A stretch of DNA of 64,000 nt. It comes from a virus (Duplodnaviria > Caudoviricetes). The stretch is taken from the IMG/VR virus record IMGVR_UViG_3300021426_000004, positions 64,001 through 128,000 of that record, one strand, 5' to 3'. A program made the translations under genes and the position numbers. Below are positions 1 through 11,028 of the stretch, piece after piece (position 1 is the stretch's first letter; each line of letters begins with the position of its first letter). The notes beneath the pieces were generated by a model. That model did not search any database, was not told the DNA's origin, and saw only the letters and a program-made list of their open reading frames with translations.

Positions 1-3000
1 ATCTTCGCTGGCTTTACCGTATTTATCTTGATATGTTCCATCTTCTATAGATTGAATCATATCATAAGCGCCTTGAATTTTATCTATCTGAGTTATTCCA
101 TCATATCCTTGAGCATACCTTTGCATGCGAAGTGTTGCATAGCTTTCTTCGGGCGCCGTTAATGTATAGTTTTGATCTTTTGTTCTTTCTGCAATATCAG
201 AACCAACAACAGCAGCATAATCGTTGTAGAATTGTGGATTAGTTATTGGATTATATAAGGACGCTGCATTATAAATCTCGTCTCTTGTTTTATATCCAAA
301 GTCTGCATATGCAGCAGTTTGCATAGCATTATATCTGTTTATCTTTTCTTGATCTCCTGGTAAATAATCTGTACTGCCACCGTAATGGTTCATGATAGAG
401 TTATATTCATCTTGTATTGCAAGATAATCCTTTTGATTTTGAGTTAATCCATTAAACGCTTGTTGGTAAAGCTCGTTATTGCCTTTTCTTAACTCATCAA
501 TCCTGTTAGTATCACCGCTGAGAATTACTCTTTGAGCTTGTTCAATTTCATATGGAGTTTTCGAACGCTGTAAACCATAGGCAAGGTTTTCTCTGTCAAT
601 ATCTTGTGTAGTGCCAATTGGTTCAAATTCTCCAAACGCCATTCTGTCAAACCAGTTTTGAAACTCAGGTGTTGCTGCATAACGTTGTCCAGTATCTTTA
701 CTCGTCCAATATAATGCTCCTGTTGTTTCATCGTATTGATACGGTTGATAAATGGCATATTTGTTTATTTCTTCTAACGCATCTTTAACTAAAATAGGAT
801 TTGTTTTTGTTTTATATCCCATTTTTGCAGCTTCTTGTTGTGCGTAATCAACACCCATCGTTTTTGCAAGTTGGGTGAGCCGTCCAGCCGTTTGTTCTCT
901 TTGATCTTGAATTGCTCTATCTGCATTAGCTCTAGCTTCTGTCATATTTGCTTCTATACGAGCTTTACTCCATCCTGGATTCAGGCTCATTAAAGCATTC
1001 ATTTGTTCTTCCGAAGTTCCATTTTGAAGCATAGCTACTTGCTGTTCAAAATTATAATTATCAGACTCCATTTGAAGCTTAGCTTTAATCTCAAATTGTC
1101 CGCCCTTTTTAAGGTTCTCAATTAACTGAGTTGTTCCTTGAAGAACTTTATTAGCACTTTCAAGATCGTCGATTCCAGCAACAGCAATCTTAACATCAAA
1201 GTCTCTCTTAAGATTGAGTCCTTCGATATCAGTCCGCTGTGCTTCTGTCATATTTTTATATCTATCAATTTCAGCGCCATAAATACTATTAACAGCATCA
1301 TACTGACTTTTAGTCCAATTATTTGCTTGAGCATATTCAGCCAAAGACTTATAATCACTTGACATTGCTTTATCGGCAAGATCTGCGATTTCTTTCTTTG
1401 TGTATTGCGTCAATCCAGTATCTGGTTTTAATGAATTTTTGCTGATTGACTGATTGATGTATTTCTCAATCTCTTCAGAAACTTCGCCATTTTCATATGC
1501 TTTTAATATCTCATCGGTCATATCACCGAATATATTTTGCATATTTTTATATACTACTTCAAATACATCATCATTCTTAAATTCAGAGGCCCATGCATTA
1601 TCAGCTTCCATTGCGCTCATTGCTGTTTTTACAATATCTACAGGTTGTGAATATCCGATCTTTGCTTTGCTTGCAATATCTTGAAACTGTTCCCAAGTGA
1701 TTGAAGGATTTTCGCCTGTTGCCATCACATAAGCAGATAACAGTTCAGGAGAATTCGCAAGAACATTAGCAAACTCTTGAGCTCTGTCATTTTCTTCGTA
1801 GGATTTCTTAAGTTCTGACATATTTGTTGCTGTAGACACAGCAGCAATTAAATCTTCTCTTTGTTGATTGATTGGTCTTTTCTTTCTTAAATCAATTAAT
1901 GAAGCATCAACAGCGTTATCAACAGATGTTCTGTATTGAGCTATCTCTTCAGGAGTATATCCTTCAAGAAGATAATTTGAACCTTTTTTCTTCAGGTTGT
2001 CAATTTCAGCTGAAATTGCGGAAACATTCAATAAGTCACCAATGAAATACTTATCTTTTATATCTCCGTTTTCATCAGTTATCATCTTGAAAAATTTATC
2101 AGTAAAAATATTTTGTATAGTACTTTCACTAACAGTGTCTGTTGCCAAATCGCTTAAATTCCACTGTCCAATCAACTCTTTGATATAATCATTATTAAAG
2201 GTACGTCTCTGAGCATCATATGTTTCTTCATTGCTAAAATCTAATTTAAAACGATTTTTCCAAAAACTATCGTAAGCAGCTGCAATGATTCTTTGATCTG
2301 AAGCTTGTAAATCTTTAACTTTCTTAGGATCTGTACCAAGCAAAGATAACATTGTTTCATCGTTTTTGTAATATGATCCAATGATTTTTTTAGCAACGTC
2401 ACTCTTATTAAAAAGATTAACAAAACCAGTGGCTTTATCAAGCGTTGGATTATTACTTTCACTAAAAATATTTTGTGATGTACTAAAGTTATCAATTATT
2501 TCATGAGATTGTAAATCGCCATTTTCATCATAATATGTTGTGTCTGCACCAGCTTCGGATAAATATTTTATTGCTTCTCGATCTAAATGACCATAATCAA
2601 ATCCACCAATAACAGTTTCATCAAACTTTTTATTGTATTCTTGTTGTCCATAAACTTCTTGATGTTGTTTGGTCATTTCATCTGTTTCTTTGTGTATTCT
2701 TGCTGCTTCGGCATCGGCAGCGTCAGATGCCTTAGTCAAAGCGCTAGAAAACTCAGAAAGATTCGTTGTTGCATTTTTAACTTCTGGTGCAATGGTAGGG
2801 AAGGCATTCCCTAAATCATTCATAGCAGAAATTAACTTTGCTCTTGCATCTTTTTCTGATATTGTATTTCCAGATTCGGTTGCTTTTAAATATTCATCAT
2901 ATTTCTTTTGAGCTTCACTTATAATATCTCTTCTATTATTTAAAGAAGACATACTCTTCGAATAATAATTATTTACATTAGCAAGATCAGCAGCGCTTTC

Positions 3001-6000
3001 ACGGGCGAATCTTTCTTCATCTGTTTCGACGGAGCCGCCGCCGAAAATTGTTTTTAATACGCCTGTAGTACCAATACCTGCAACTAATCCTACAATAGCA
3101 GATAATCCAGCAAGGATTGGCATTTTCAACTTTAATGCAAGAATTGCTCCACCTATTGCTGTTAACGTGCCGACAATAACGCCACCTGCTTGTTCAAAGG
3201 CATCCGATCCGGCCGCAAATTGAAGGAATCCTGAAACAATATCAAGAGCTCCTGTAACAACACCGCTATTGACAAAACTTTCAACAACCGCATCCCACGA
3301 ACTTTTAAGCGTATCTAAAGAAGCGGCGAGACTTTGCATAGCAATTTCATATTTTGATTGTGTTATTCCACCGCTATTTGAAGCAAGGTCAAGATATTCT
3401 TTTATCCTTTTGCCGCCGTCTTCGGACATACCTTCCATTAATGTTGAGAAGATATTTGTCTGTCTAGTTCCAGCTAAAGCGTTTGTAACAACGGATTTCT
3501 GAACATCACTCAACTTTTCCCATACACCAGCAAGATCACTTAAAACTTCGTATGCCGTGCGCATCTTTTGTCCGTTCTTATCTGAAAACAGATCTATACC
3601 AACAGACTTTAATGCTGCTTCAGCATCTGAAGCAGTTGTTTTTTCACCGTTTTGATCTGCCGTCCAGCCCGAAAGACTAATTCTTCTCATACGAGTAAAG
3701 ACAGTCTGCAAAGCCGTACCAACCTGAGTGCCGCTCAACTGAGTATCGGAAGTACCAACAGTGAGCAATGCAGTTAATTCTGCATAAGATACACCTGCAA
3801 CTTTAGCAGATGCAGCAGCCTTTTGCATACCTTTACCAATTTCGGCGGCGGTAGTTGCAGCGCTATCACCAAGCGCGACAAGTGCGTCCATTGCCTGTTC
3901 TGCAGAAGGCACCAGGTCATTCTGAAGAGCAGTTGTAATAATCTTTGTAGCTTCAGTAACGTTTAGTTTTGTAACTGTAGCAAATTTAATGATAGATTCT
4001 GTTCGATTTGAAACTTCTTGATCGCTTAATCCTTGACGATATAAAGCAGCTTCAGTGTTAGCAACATTGGAAACAGAAGTACGAAGTCCAATAGCTTTAT
4101 TAATTGTATTAGAACGAACAGAAGCCATATCACTATCTGACTTAAGCGTAATGGCCTGTATTTCGTTCATAGAAGCATCAAATTCTTTTATAAAACGCTT
4201 GGTTTCTTGGAGAGCTTTTTGAAAAAGTTGACGACCAAGACGAGCTGCAACTCTTTCAATTGTTTGACCAAACACAGCTGCAGTTGCACTGGCTTTGCCA
4301 AACGGACTTTGAAGCTGAGAAAGATCCTGACTTGCTCTTTGCGCTTCTTCTCTAAGTTTCGCGAGGTTAGTCTGAGCTTCAGCGTAACCATTGTCGCCTT
4401 CTTTTAATCCAGCAGTTTCTTTTTCGTAAGCTCGAAGCTTAGATTGCGCTTCAACGTTCCTATTTTCAGCTTGAGTAAGAGCGTTATTATAGATGCTGTA
4501 AGCACGAGTAGCAATATTTCTAGAAGTGCCAAAGCGATTCATACGCATCATATTGCCACGTCGAGTAATCTGATTTACTGCATAGCCTTGTTGTAATTGA
4601 CGAAGATCGTTTTGTGATTCAAAATCTTTTTTATACTGTTCTGTTACTTTTTCTACTTCACTGTTATACTCATCTTCAACTTGTTTTTTGTAATCTGATA
4701 AACGAGCATGAGGATTTGTCAGACGATCTTCTTTAAATTGTTGCGCGGCTTTTCTTGCATTTAACTCTTTTTGCGCATTTAATACATTAATACGCTCTTG
4801 TAAACCCTTGTTATATATTTCATCTTTCGATGCTTGAGTTATTCCGAGTTTTAATTTTGCAGCATCGATTTGATTTTGATCAAACTGATTTAAGGATTCG
4901 TTGCTTAACAAATGTTCTGCCTGAGAAAGCCGAGATGTCAATTCTGTTCCGCTTATAAGTCCTCGTTCAAACAAATCTTTAGCGTCGACTTTAGCATTGT
5001 TAATCTGTTCAATAAAAGAAAGCCTATTTTTTGCTAAGTCCATTGGCTTTGCGGCTTCTTTATCAACCATCGCTGTTAAAGAATTGAATGTATTTCCGAG
5101 AAGTTCTGTTGCAGATCCTTGTAATTGTTTAATATACTGTTGAACAAATGGTTCGTTTAGTTTCTCTTGTTGAGTAGCTGCATCCAAATTTTTTGTCATT
5201 GCTTCAACTTCTGAAACTTTTAAATCCATTTCCTCTTCTTGTTTTTTTCTAAGATCTTGCGTAGCTTGCAATCTGGATGTTGTTTTTTCTCTTGCAGTTT
5301 CAAGTCTTTCAGCAGCAAGTTTATCGTTTCCTTCTTTTATAGCACTGCTAATAGTAAAGAATTCATCGCTAGAAGCTAATTCTGGATGTCTGTTGAGAAG
5401 TTTTGTTCTTTCTCTTTTAGCAATTCCTTTTTCTTTTGTAGTCAAACCCGAGGAATTAATAGCATCAGTATATCCTTGAATACGATCTAATATATCTTTT
5501 TCTTCTTTGAGTTCTCGTTCTTGACTTTTTAAACTGTTTATGCGACCAGATGCATCTTCTATGTCTTGGTTTCGTTCGTCTATTCTTTCTGATAAATAAT
5601 CTTTATCTCTTCGAATATTATTAAATCTTTCCTGTACTTTATCATAAGATTCAACTAAAGCTCGACCGGCTTTTGTTCCGCTGTTTCCTGCAATGGACCT
5701 AAATATATCTTCTCCAAAGTTTTCAGTGTCCAGCACAACTGCTTGTGAAAGGCCAAGATCCAAATTGCTCATTGCTGCATCATATCGAGCTTGTAAGTCC
5801 TTTGCCTGAGCTGTATTACCAGCAATTTCCTCTTGTTTGGATTGCTCAAGAAGTAAGTTTGCTTGATTATACTTTGATCTCCATATTACATCGTCTGGAG
5901 TCCTTTTATCTCTTTCTCTTGTTCTTTTGTTAACAAAACTTTGAATTTCTTCATCTGCTTCAATTGCTTCATTATATCTGTCGTGCAACCATAAAGCATC

Positions 6001-9000
6001 TGTTATACTTCCTGTATTAAATTTTCCGCTTTTAGAACTTCCTTTTCTGTTAACAATTTGATCTGCAACACTTTCCCTAATATCTCCAAACATGTTTTCA
6101 CGGAGAAATTTAGCTGCATCAAGCACGTCTCCGATAGATGTATTTTCTTTTGCAAGTTGTTGAATTCTATTAATCGACCTAGATACATTATCATCACTTA
6201 AACTTAAATCAGCATCAGAAAAAATCATTTTTCGAATTCGATTCTGGTATGGTTCTATAATGCCAACTTCACCAATGTTTACTCCATTTTTTTGAAGTTG
6301 ACTATCATAAATAGCCTGCTGTACTCTCCATTTTTTCCAATCGTCGTCTGATGGTTTCCAATAATTCTTAATATCTGCCATCACTTCGCGTTGGTCATCT
6401 TTTCTGCTTCTGAATCTTAAGTCGTATGAACCAGTCATACCTACGTCTTCATCTGTTGTTAATTTTTTCCCTTTACCTGTTATTATCATATTTCCAGCAG
6501 CAGTTTTTGGACCTTTTCCTACGTCGCTTGATTCTATGCCAACGACTTGCCAATCGCTTTCTGGATAAATGCTTAATAATCCTTCTCCACCTAAAAATTG
6601 ACGAAGAGCGTAATATCTGTCGTTTAAGTTTGTTCCACTTGTTTTTAACGTTTGGCGTTCAGCATCTGTTAATCCTCTGCTTCCTGCAGGAAGTTTAAAT
6701 CCTTTTCCTTGCTTTTTTAAACCAAGATACTCGTCAAAAACATCAAGAGCTTCTTTTTGTGCTGCTTTCAGCTGATCTTCTGACAATGGTGCTGAAGCAT
6801 TCATTCGCAGTTGCATAAAGTGCTCAATTGCTGTATGTGCAGCTTGCCCAATTTCTGTACTAGCAAGCGTTGAATTATTTTCACGTCCAGTAATTAAGTC
6901 TTCCATAAAGTTTGCTGGATTATATGCAAATTTCGACAATGAGCTAAAAGAAAGTCTTGGCATATTGTCAATCATTCTTTTTTTCTCATCTACAGTCAAC
7001 AAATTAAATGACTCCAAAAGTCTAGCAAGTTTAGTATTCTGAGTGGGTTCACTCATTTCTTCAAACGCTTTAGGAGTTGTTTTTGCAGATAATAACTTTG
7101 TAAAGTCTAAACCTCCGACAACGTTTGGCAACTTCATTGCTTCTAATGTTGTGAAAATCGAATCATTTACGCCTTCATCGTGCATATGCGATGCAGACAT
7201 TGCCATACCAGACAATGCGTTTTGAATAACCTTGCCGCCTAATCTATTAACTACTCTTTCGGCTATTGCTCTGTTTGATCCTTTTTCGTTAAATGCTTTA
7301 CCTTGTCTGTCTCTTTCGTTTTTCACTAACGCTGCTTGTTCATCGATTGCAGCAGAGCGCAATTCTCCTAATTTAGCAATTGTTTCTTCGTCTATGGCAA
7401 GATAATCTGCATTTAAATATCCCATCCAAGTATCACGTAACGCAGATTGCATACGACCTAAAGCAGTTGATTCATCCTTTTTCCCTAACACAGAATCAAA
7501 AATATAATTCCAGTCATAATTTTTATTAATATCTACGCCTCTTTGTTTAGCAAAATACCGAGAAAGCATCATAGAACGTACATTGCTAGACATTGTATTA
7601 AACGGAAGATTGGTTGACCAGAATTTAGCGCCAAGCAAACCATCGCTGCCTTTAGCGCTTTCGATTAAATTTGGAATGGATACGTTTCCATATTTATCTC
7701 TGTTTTTATCGACAATATGGAAAAACTCCGTAAATGCTCTGTATTTTGATAACACTTCTAATTGTTCCGGAGTTGTATCCATTTCTATACCAGTCTTATT
7801 TCTAATAGAATTAACACTGTATTGTGATTCTGCAGCAGACATAGCTTTTAAAACAGTTGAATCCCAAGGAACTTGCATTGCGTTACGAATAGTTGCGTCA
7901 GGACCACCCATAAAATACCCATTCTGCATTGCTGGAACGAGTACTTTCATAACATCTATACCTTTATTTAAATCAATATCATCTGCACCAAAGACGTTAT
8001 GTTTAAATTCTTCTTTTATTTTATCTGCTTCAGCTTGAGAAAGGCCTCTTTCGTCTATTTTCTTTATACCTAAATCATAAGCTTTTTTCAAAATCTCTGC
8101 CGCTGCAACTTTTTCGCCTTTTTTATTTTTACCTGTATATGCAAGACCAATCAAATCCATGACGTCTCCATCGAAATCAGCGTCTTGCAGAAGCTGCATA
8201 ACTGGAGATGAAGGTGAAATATAAAAAGCATCCGGATCAAAACCAGAATCTGAAAGATACTTTTGAATTGCTTTTTCACGTTGAGAGTTTCCGACAGATA
8301 TATTTTTAACTTCTCTTGCAGAACGTGTCGTTGCAGGATACCGACTAATTCCTACAACTGAAGCCATGAGCTTCTGAAAAGCAATTTCGTCATCATCCAT
8401 AGTCAGCAAACCAAGTGTTTTTCTTTGGTCTTCAGACATTTGAGAGTACAGTGTATCGTAATATGATTTTGTTTCTCCGTCTTTAATTATGCCTGTGCCG
8501 CTTTCGTTTATGTTTTTTAATCCAGATATAATTGCATTAAAGAAATATGGTTGAGCCATTGCCCTGGAAGTTTCTAAGGATCTAGGTAAAATTGTATCTC
8601 CTTGCGAAATTCTCGTAAGCATTCCAAGACGGAATCCTTGTATTTCGTCCTGAATGCGCTTATCTCCCATGACAGCACCGTTTGTTGCTAATATTAAATC
8701 TCTCATTTCTGAGTTACCAGCAAAGACGGTATCAAGAGCTCCCTGCATTGTTCCAACACGGGCATACTCGTCTAAAAATGCTCGTGTTGTCATTTCGACA
8801 AATTCCGGAGAATTACCAAGAATCTGCGATGCTTGTCTGGACATCCAGTGGATTCCGCCTTGAGCATCTTTCATTGTTTTGTTTGCAAAAATTTTTCCAC
8901 CTGAACGTTCAATTTCTTCTGCAATATTCTTTTTAATTTCTTCTGTAGGAAGTAGTTTTCCATTATCATCTTTATATTTGATTCCGGCGTTTTTTACATC

Positions 9001-11028
9001 GGACATACTAAGTAAAAGATCCAAATCGTCTGTTATTTCTTCTACTCTTCCGTCAGGACCGATTGTTTTTACGGAGCCACCAAAGGGAGCCAGAAAACTT
9101 GATAAATTCAATGGGCTTAAGGCTGTTTTAACACCTGGCATGCGTGCTTGAAATCCTCTTGGAACATACTTGCTGTTTATGTAGCTTGTTCCGTTCATAC
9201 CAGACCCGCCAATTTCTGAAGGTGTTTGTCCAAATTTTGCGGCATCTTCAAGATCAAACAGTCCAATTTTTAAGTTCTTTGGCAGTTTGGTGCCAAATAA
9301 ATCTTGAATGCTTTCGCCAGATGTTGCAGGTTTACTCGCGTATTCTAGCGTTTTTGCTGCTTTATTAAATGCTTCGTCTCCGACGAAGTGCAAATTTTTT
9401 AGTCCGCCCCAAAAAACACTTTTATCTCTTTCTCCTGTTTCTTGATTTATAACAGGCGCAATGGCATTATATAAAGGATCAGCAACAAACTCCAAACCTA
9501 ATCCTTTATGTGCTCGCGAAAACGTATAATGTGTTTGTTTTCCGTGAGGAGACTTTGTAAGTCCTTCGTCAATGTATTTCGCATATTGTTGCATTAAATC
9601 GTTTCTTGTTTTTTCATCAAGACCTGGATCTGCAAGTCGCGGATCAACTTGAAGATAAACAATATCATCAATTGCATCGTTATTATTCGGCATCTTACCA
9701 GTTTTACGATGTCTAAATATGTTTTCCAGATGCAAACTATGGTCAATAGACATATAACGATCATCTCTGTCTGATTGACCGTAAAACTTTGTTCTATCTC
9801 TATTTAAATCAACACCGGCTTGTAAATCAGATAAAGTATAATTTGCAACTTCGTATCGTTTAATGTTTGGAGAAAACGGTATTTTTGCCTCTGTGTCACT
9901 AAATTGATTTAATGGAATATTTGATACTTTTGCTCCACGATTAGGCGTGAGCCAACTGAAATTATCGGATAGAATGCGTGCTGCATTCATATTACCTAAA
10001 AAAGGTTTATTGTTTTTTCTAGCGATTCTATCCCAAAATTGTTTATCATTAACATCTGTAATGCCATACATCGGCATACCTTTTGCAGAAGAAATGATCG
10101 CATCATATAACTCGCTGGAAAGGTTGTTGATTAACCCCCGGGTTAGTCCATTCCTCATTCCAATCGTTCCGTTTAATCGAACAGCTACTCCCGATTTTTC
10201 AGCAGCTGACAAAAAGTAAGGATTGGTTTTAAGTAAATTTTCAACTATAGCCTTTTCTTTGTTTGTTAAAGCTTCGTTGCTGTTTGGCTCGGATATAGCG
10301 CCTTTTGCCGCGTGAAAATTTTGAAATTGAGATGGAAGCATATTTGCAAAGCTATCAAAAAGATGTGCTTGTTTTTCAGATCCTCTTGATATTTGCGACA
10401 TAAAACCTTTACGTTGTGTTTGGTCTGTTCCTTGGAACATTAATATTTCTGACAAAGCATCTGCTGCTTTTGAAGTTCTTGACATTCCAAGTTGTTCAAA
10501 AATACCATTATCAAAAAGTTTATTTTTTATTCCTGCTTTAAAAGAAGCTGTATCCATCAGTGTTGTAGCAGATCTTTGAAAATCAGCAACTTGTGTTACC
10601 AATGCACGCATATTTGGCATTAAATTGGTTGCAGTTTTCAATAAACTCTGGCCTGCTTTTTTCCCGCCAACAGAAGACATTAAAGTAGATGAAGCAGTAA
10701 CAAATGAACGCATTTCATTTATTGTTGCTTCAATTCCTCTGCGAAGCATTTCTCTTTCAGCGTACAAGTCACTTAATTGCTTTTCTGAAAAAATAGGTGA
10801 ACTATCTATCTCTTGGTTTATCTTATTAATTCTGGAAAAAGAATTAACAATTGAGTCCTTCCCTTGAGAAAAAAACTCATCAGAACCGGAAATCATTTCT
10901 CCAGCCGAATTTTGTATTTGTTTAATATTATCAAGTACGCCCTTTGAAGCATCTTTTATACTTGAAAACTCTTTAATTGCGCTTGAACCATCAACATCAA
11001 GAGCAATACGAATAGTTGTATCAACCAT
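1..11028 (-). CDS. Giant tape-measure protein (3' end outside window, >3676 aa) with N-terminal two-barrel RNA polymerase domain and PD-(D/E)xK nuclease domain
   Basis: ATG at 11028 with AGAGGTG RBS. Absent from the ORF track, consistent with no stop before the window edge; frame checked by hand at several points. TP901-type TMP core near 3300-4190 (EFDASMNEIQAIT...MDALVALGDSAATTAAEIGKGMQKAAASAKVAGVSYAELTALL). RNAP motifs PRGFQARMPGVK (about 9127-9162), SRYP (about 8335-8346) and DADFDGD (8164-8184). Nuclease motifs LSFSSLSKF, GQAAHTAIE, GSYD...DIK, QQAIY (about 6300-6960). Confidence 0.9.
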   Translation of the reverse strand, partial: MVDTTIRIALDVDGSSAIKEFSSIKDASKGVLDNIKQIQNSAGEMISGSDEFFSQGKDSIVNSFSRINKINQEIDSSPIFSEKQLSDLYAEREMLRRGIEATINEMRSFVTASSTLMSSVGGKKAGQSLLKTATNLMPNMRALVTQVADFQRSATTLMDTASFKAGIKNKLFDNGIFEQLGMSRTSKAADALSEILMFQGTDQTQRKGFMSQISRGSEKQAHLFDSFANMLPSQFQNFHAAKGAISEPNSNEALTNKEKAIVENLLKTNPYFLSAAEKSGVAVRLNGTIGMRNGLTRGLINNLSSELYDAIISSAKGMPMYGITDVNDKQFWDRIARKNNKPFLGNMNAARILSDNFSWLTPNRGAKVSNIPLNQFSDTEAKIPFSPNIKRYEVANYTLSDLQAGVDLNRDRTKFYGQSDRDDRYMSIDHSLHLENIFRHRKTGKMPNNNDAIDDIVYLQVDPRLADPGLDEKTRNDLMQQYAKYIDEGLTKSPHGKQTHYTFSRAHKGLGLEFVADPLYNAIAPVINQETGERDKSVFWGGLKNLHFVGDEAFNKAAKTLEYASKPATSGESIQDLFGTKLPKNLKIGLFDLEDAAKFGQTPSEIGGSGMNGTSYINSKYVPRGFQARMPGVKTALSPLNLSSFLAPFGGSVKTIGPDGRVEEITDDLDLLLSMSDVKNAGIKYKDDNGKLLPTEEIKKNIAEEIERSGGKIFANKTMKDAQGGIHWMSRQASQILGNSPEFVEMTTRAFLDEYARVGTMQGALDTVFAGNSEMRDLILATNGAVMGDKRIQDEIQGFRLGMLTRISQGDTILPRSLETSRAMAQPYFFNAIISGLKNINESGTGIIKDGETKSYYDTLYSQMSEDQRKTLGLLTMDDDEIAFQKLMASVVGISRYPATTRSAREVKNISVGNSQREKAIQKYLSDSGFDPDAFYISPSSPVMQLLQDADFDGDVMDLIGLAYTGKNKKGEKVAAAEILKKAYDLGIKKIDERGLSQAEADKIKEEFKHNVFGADDIDLNKGIDVMKVLVPAMQNGYFMGGPDATIRNAMQVPWDSTVLKAMSAAESQYSVNSIRNKTGIEMDTTPEQLEVLSKYRAFTEFFHIVDKNRDKYGNVSIPNLIESAKGSDGLLGAKFWSTNLPFNTMSSNVRSMMLSRYFAKQRGVDINKNYDWNYIFDSVLGKKDESTALGRMQSALRDTWMGYLNADYLAIDEETIAKLGELRSAAIDEQAALVKNERDRQGKAFNEKGSNRAIAERVVNRLGGKVIQNALSGMAMSASHMHDEGVNDSIFTTLEAMKLPNVVGGLDFTKLLSAKTTPKAFEEMSEPTQNTKLARLLESFNLLTVDEKKRMIDNMPRLSFSSLSKFAYNPANFMEDLITGRENNSTLASTEIGQAAHTAIEHFMQLRMNASAPLSEDQLKAAQKEALDVFDEYLGLKKQGKGFKLPAGSRGLTDAERQTLKTSGTNLNDRYYALRQFLGGEGLLSIYPESDWQVVGIESSDVGKGPKTAAGNMIITGKGKKLTTDEDVGMTGSYDLRFRSRKDDQREVMADIKNYWKPSDDDWKKWRVQQAIYDSQLQKNGVNIGEVGIIEPYQNRIRKMIFSDADLSLSDDNVSRSINRIQQLAKENTSIGDVLDAAKFLRENMFGDIRESVADQIVNRKGSSKSGKFNTGSITDALWLHDRYNEAIEADEEIQSFVNKRTRERDKRTPDDVIWRSKYNQANLLLEQSKQEEIAGNTAQAKDLQARYDAAMSNLDLGLSQAVVLDTENFGEDIFRSIAGNSGTKAGRALVESYDKVQERFNNIRRDKDYLSERIDERNQDIEDASGRINSLKSQERELKEEKDILDRIQGYTDAINSSGLTTKEKGIAKRERTKLLNRHPELASSDEFFTISSAIKEGNDKLAAERLETAREKTTSRLQATQDLRKKQEEEMDLKVSEVEAMTKNLDAATQQEKLNEPFVQQYIKQLQGSATELLGNTFNSLTAMVDKEAAKPMDLAKNRLSFIEQINNAKVDAKDLFERGLISGTELTSRLSQAEHLLSNESLNQFDQNQIDAAKLKLGITQASKDEIYNKGLQERINVLNAQKELNARKAAQQFKEDRLTNPHARLSDYKKQVEDEYNSEVEKVTEQYKKDFESQNDLRQLQQGYAVNQITRRGNMMRMNRFGTSRNIATRAYSIYNNALTQAENRNVEAQSKLRAYEKETAGLKEGDNGYAEAQTNLAKLREEAQRASQDLSQLQSPFGKASATAAVFGQTIERVAARLGRQLFQKALQETKRFIKEFDASMNEIQAITLKSDSDMASVRSNTINKAIGLRTSVSNVANTEAALYRQGLSDQEVSNRTESIIKFATVTKLNVTEATKIITTALQNDLVPSAEQAMDALVALGDSAATTAAEIGKGMQKAAASAKVAGVSYAELTALLTVGTSDTQLSGTQVGTALQTVFTRMRRISLSGWTADQNGEKTTASDAEAALKSVGIDLFSDKNGQKMRTAYEVLSDLAGVWEKLSDVQKSVVTNALAGTRQTNIFSTLMEGMSEDGGKRIKEYLDLASNSGGITQSKYEIAMQSLAASLDTLKSSWDAVVESFVNSGVVTGALDIVSGFLQFAAGSDAFEQAGGVIVGTLTAIGGAILALKLKMPILAGLSAIVGLVAGIGTTGVLKTIFGGGSVETDEERFARESAADLANVNNYYSKSMSSLNNRRDIISEAQKKYDEYLKATESGNTISEKDARAKLISAMNDLGNAFPTIAPEVKNATTNLSEFSSALTKASDAADAEAARIHKETDEMTKQHQEVYGQQEYNKKFDETVIGGFDYGHLDREAIKYLSEAGADTTYYDENGDLQSHEIIDNFSTSQNIFSESNNPTLDKATGFVNLFNKSDVAKKIIGSYYKNDETMLSLLGTDPKKVKDLQASDQRIIAAAYDSFWKNRFKLDFSNEETYDAQRRTFNNDYIKELIGQWNLSDLATDTVSESTIQNIFTDKFFKMITDENGDIKDKYFIGDLLNVSAISAEIDNLKKKGSNYLLEGYTPEEIAQYRTSVDNAVDASLIDLRKKRPINQQREDLIAAVSTATNMSELKKSYEENDRAQEFANVLANSPELLSAYVMATGENPSITWEQFQDIASKAKIGYSQPVDIVKTAMSAMEADNAWASEFKNDDVFEVVYKNMQNIFGDMTDEILKAYENGEVSEEIEKYINQSISKNSLKPDTGLTQYTKKEIADLADKAMSSDYKSLAEYAQANNWTKSQYDAVNSIYGAEIDRYKNMTEAQRTDIEGLNLKRDFDVKIAVAGIDDLESANKVLQGTTQLIENLKKGGQFEIKAKLQMESDNYNFEQQVAMLQNGTSEEQMNALMSLNPGWSKARIEANMTEARANADRAIQDQREQTAGRLTQLAKTMGVDYAQQEAAKMGYKTKTNPILVKDALEEINKYAIYQPYQYDETTGALYWTSKDTGQRYAATPEFQNWFDRMAFGEFEPIGTTQDIDRENLAYGLQRSKTPYEIEQAQRVILSGDTNRIDELRKGNNELYQQAFNGLTQNQKDYLAIQDEYNSIMNHYGGSTDYLPGDQEKINRYNAMQTAAYADFGYKTRDEIYNAASLYNPITNPQFYNDYAAVVGSDIAERTKDQNYTLTAPEESYATLRMQRYAQGYDGITQIDKIQGAYDMIQSIEDGTYQDKYGKASED

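Noticed and set aside
525-10867. Many short ORFs in the track between 0.5 and 10.9 kb
   Set aside because: They are antisense or off-frame shadows of the single minus-strand tape-measure ORF (11028 to <1), which the track omits.
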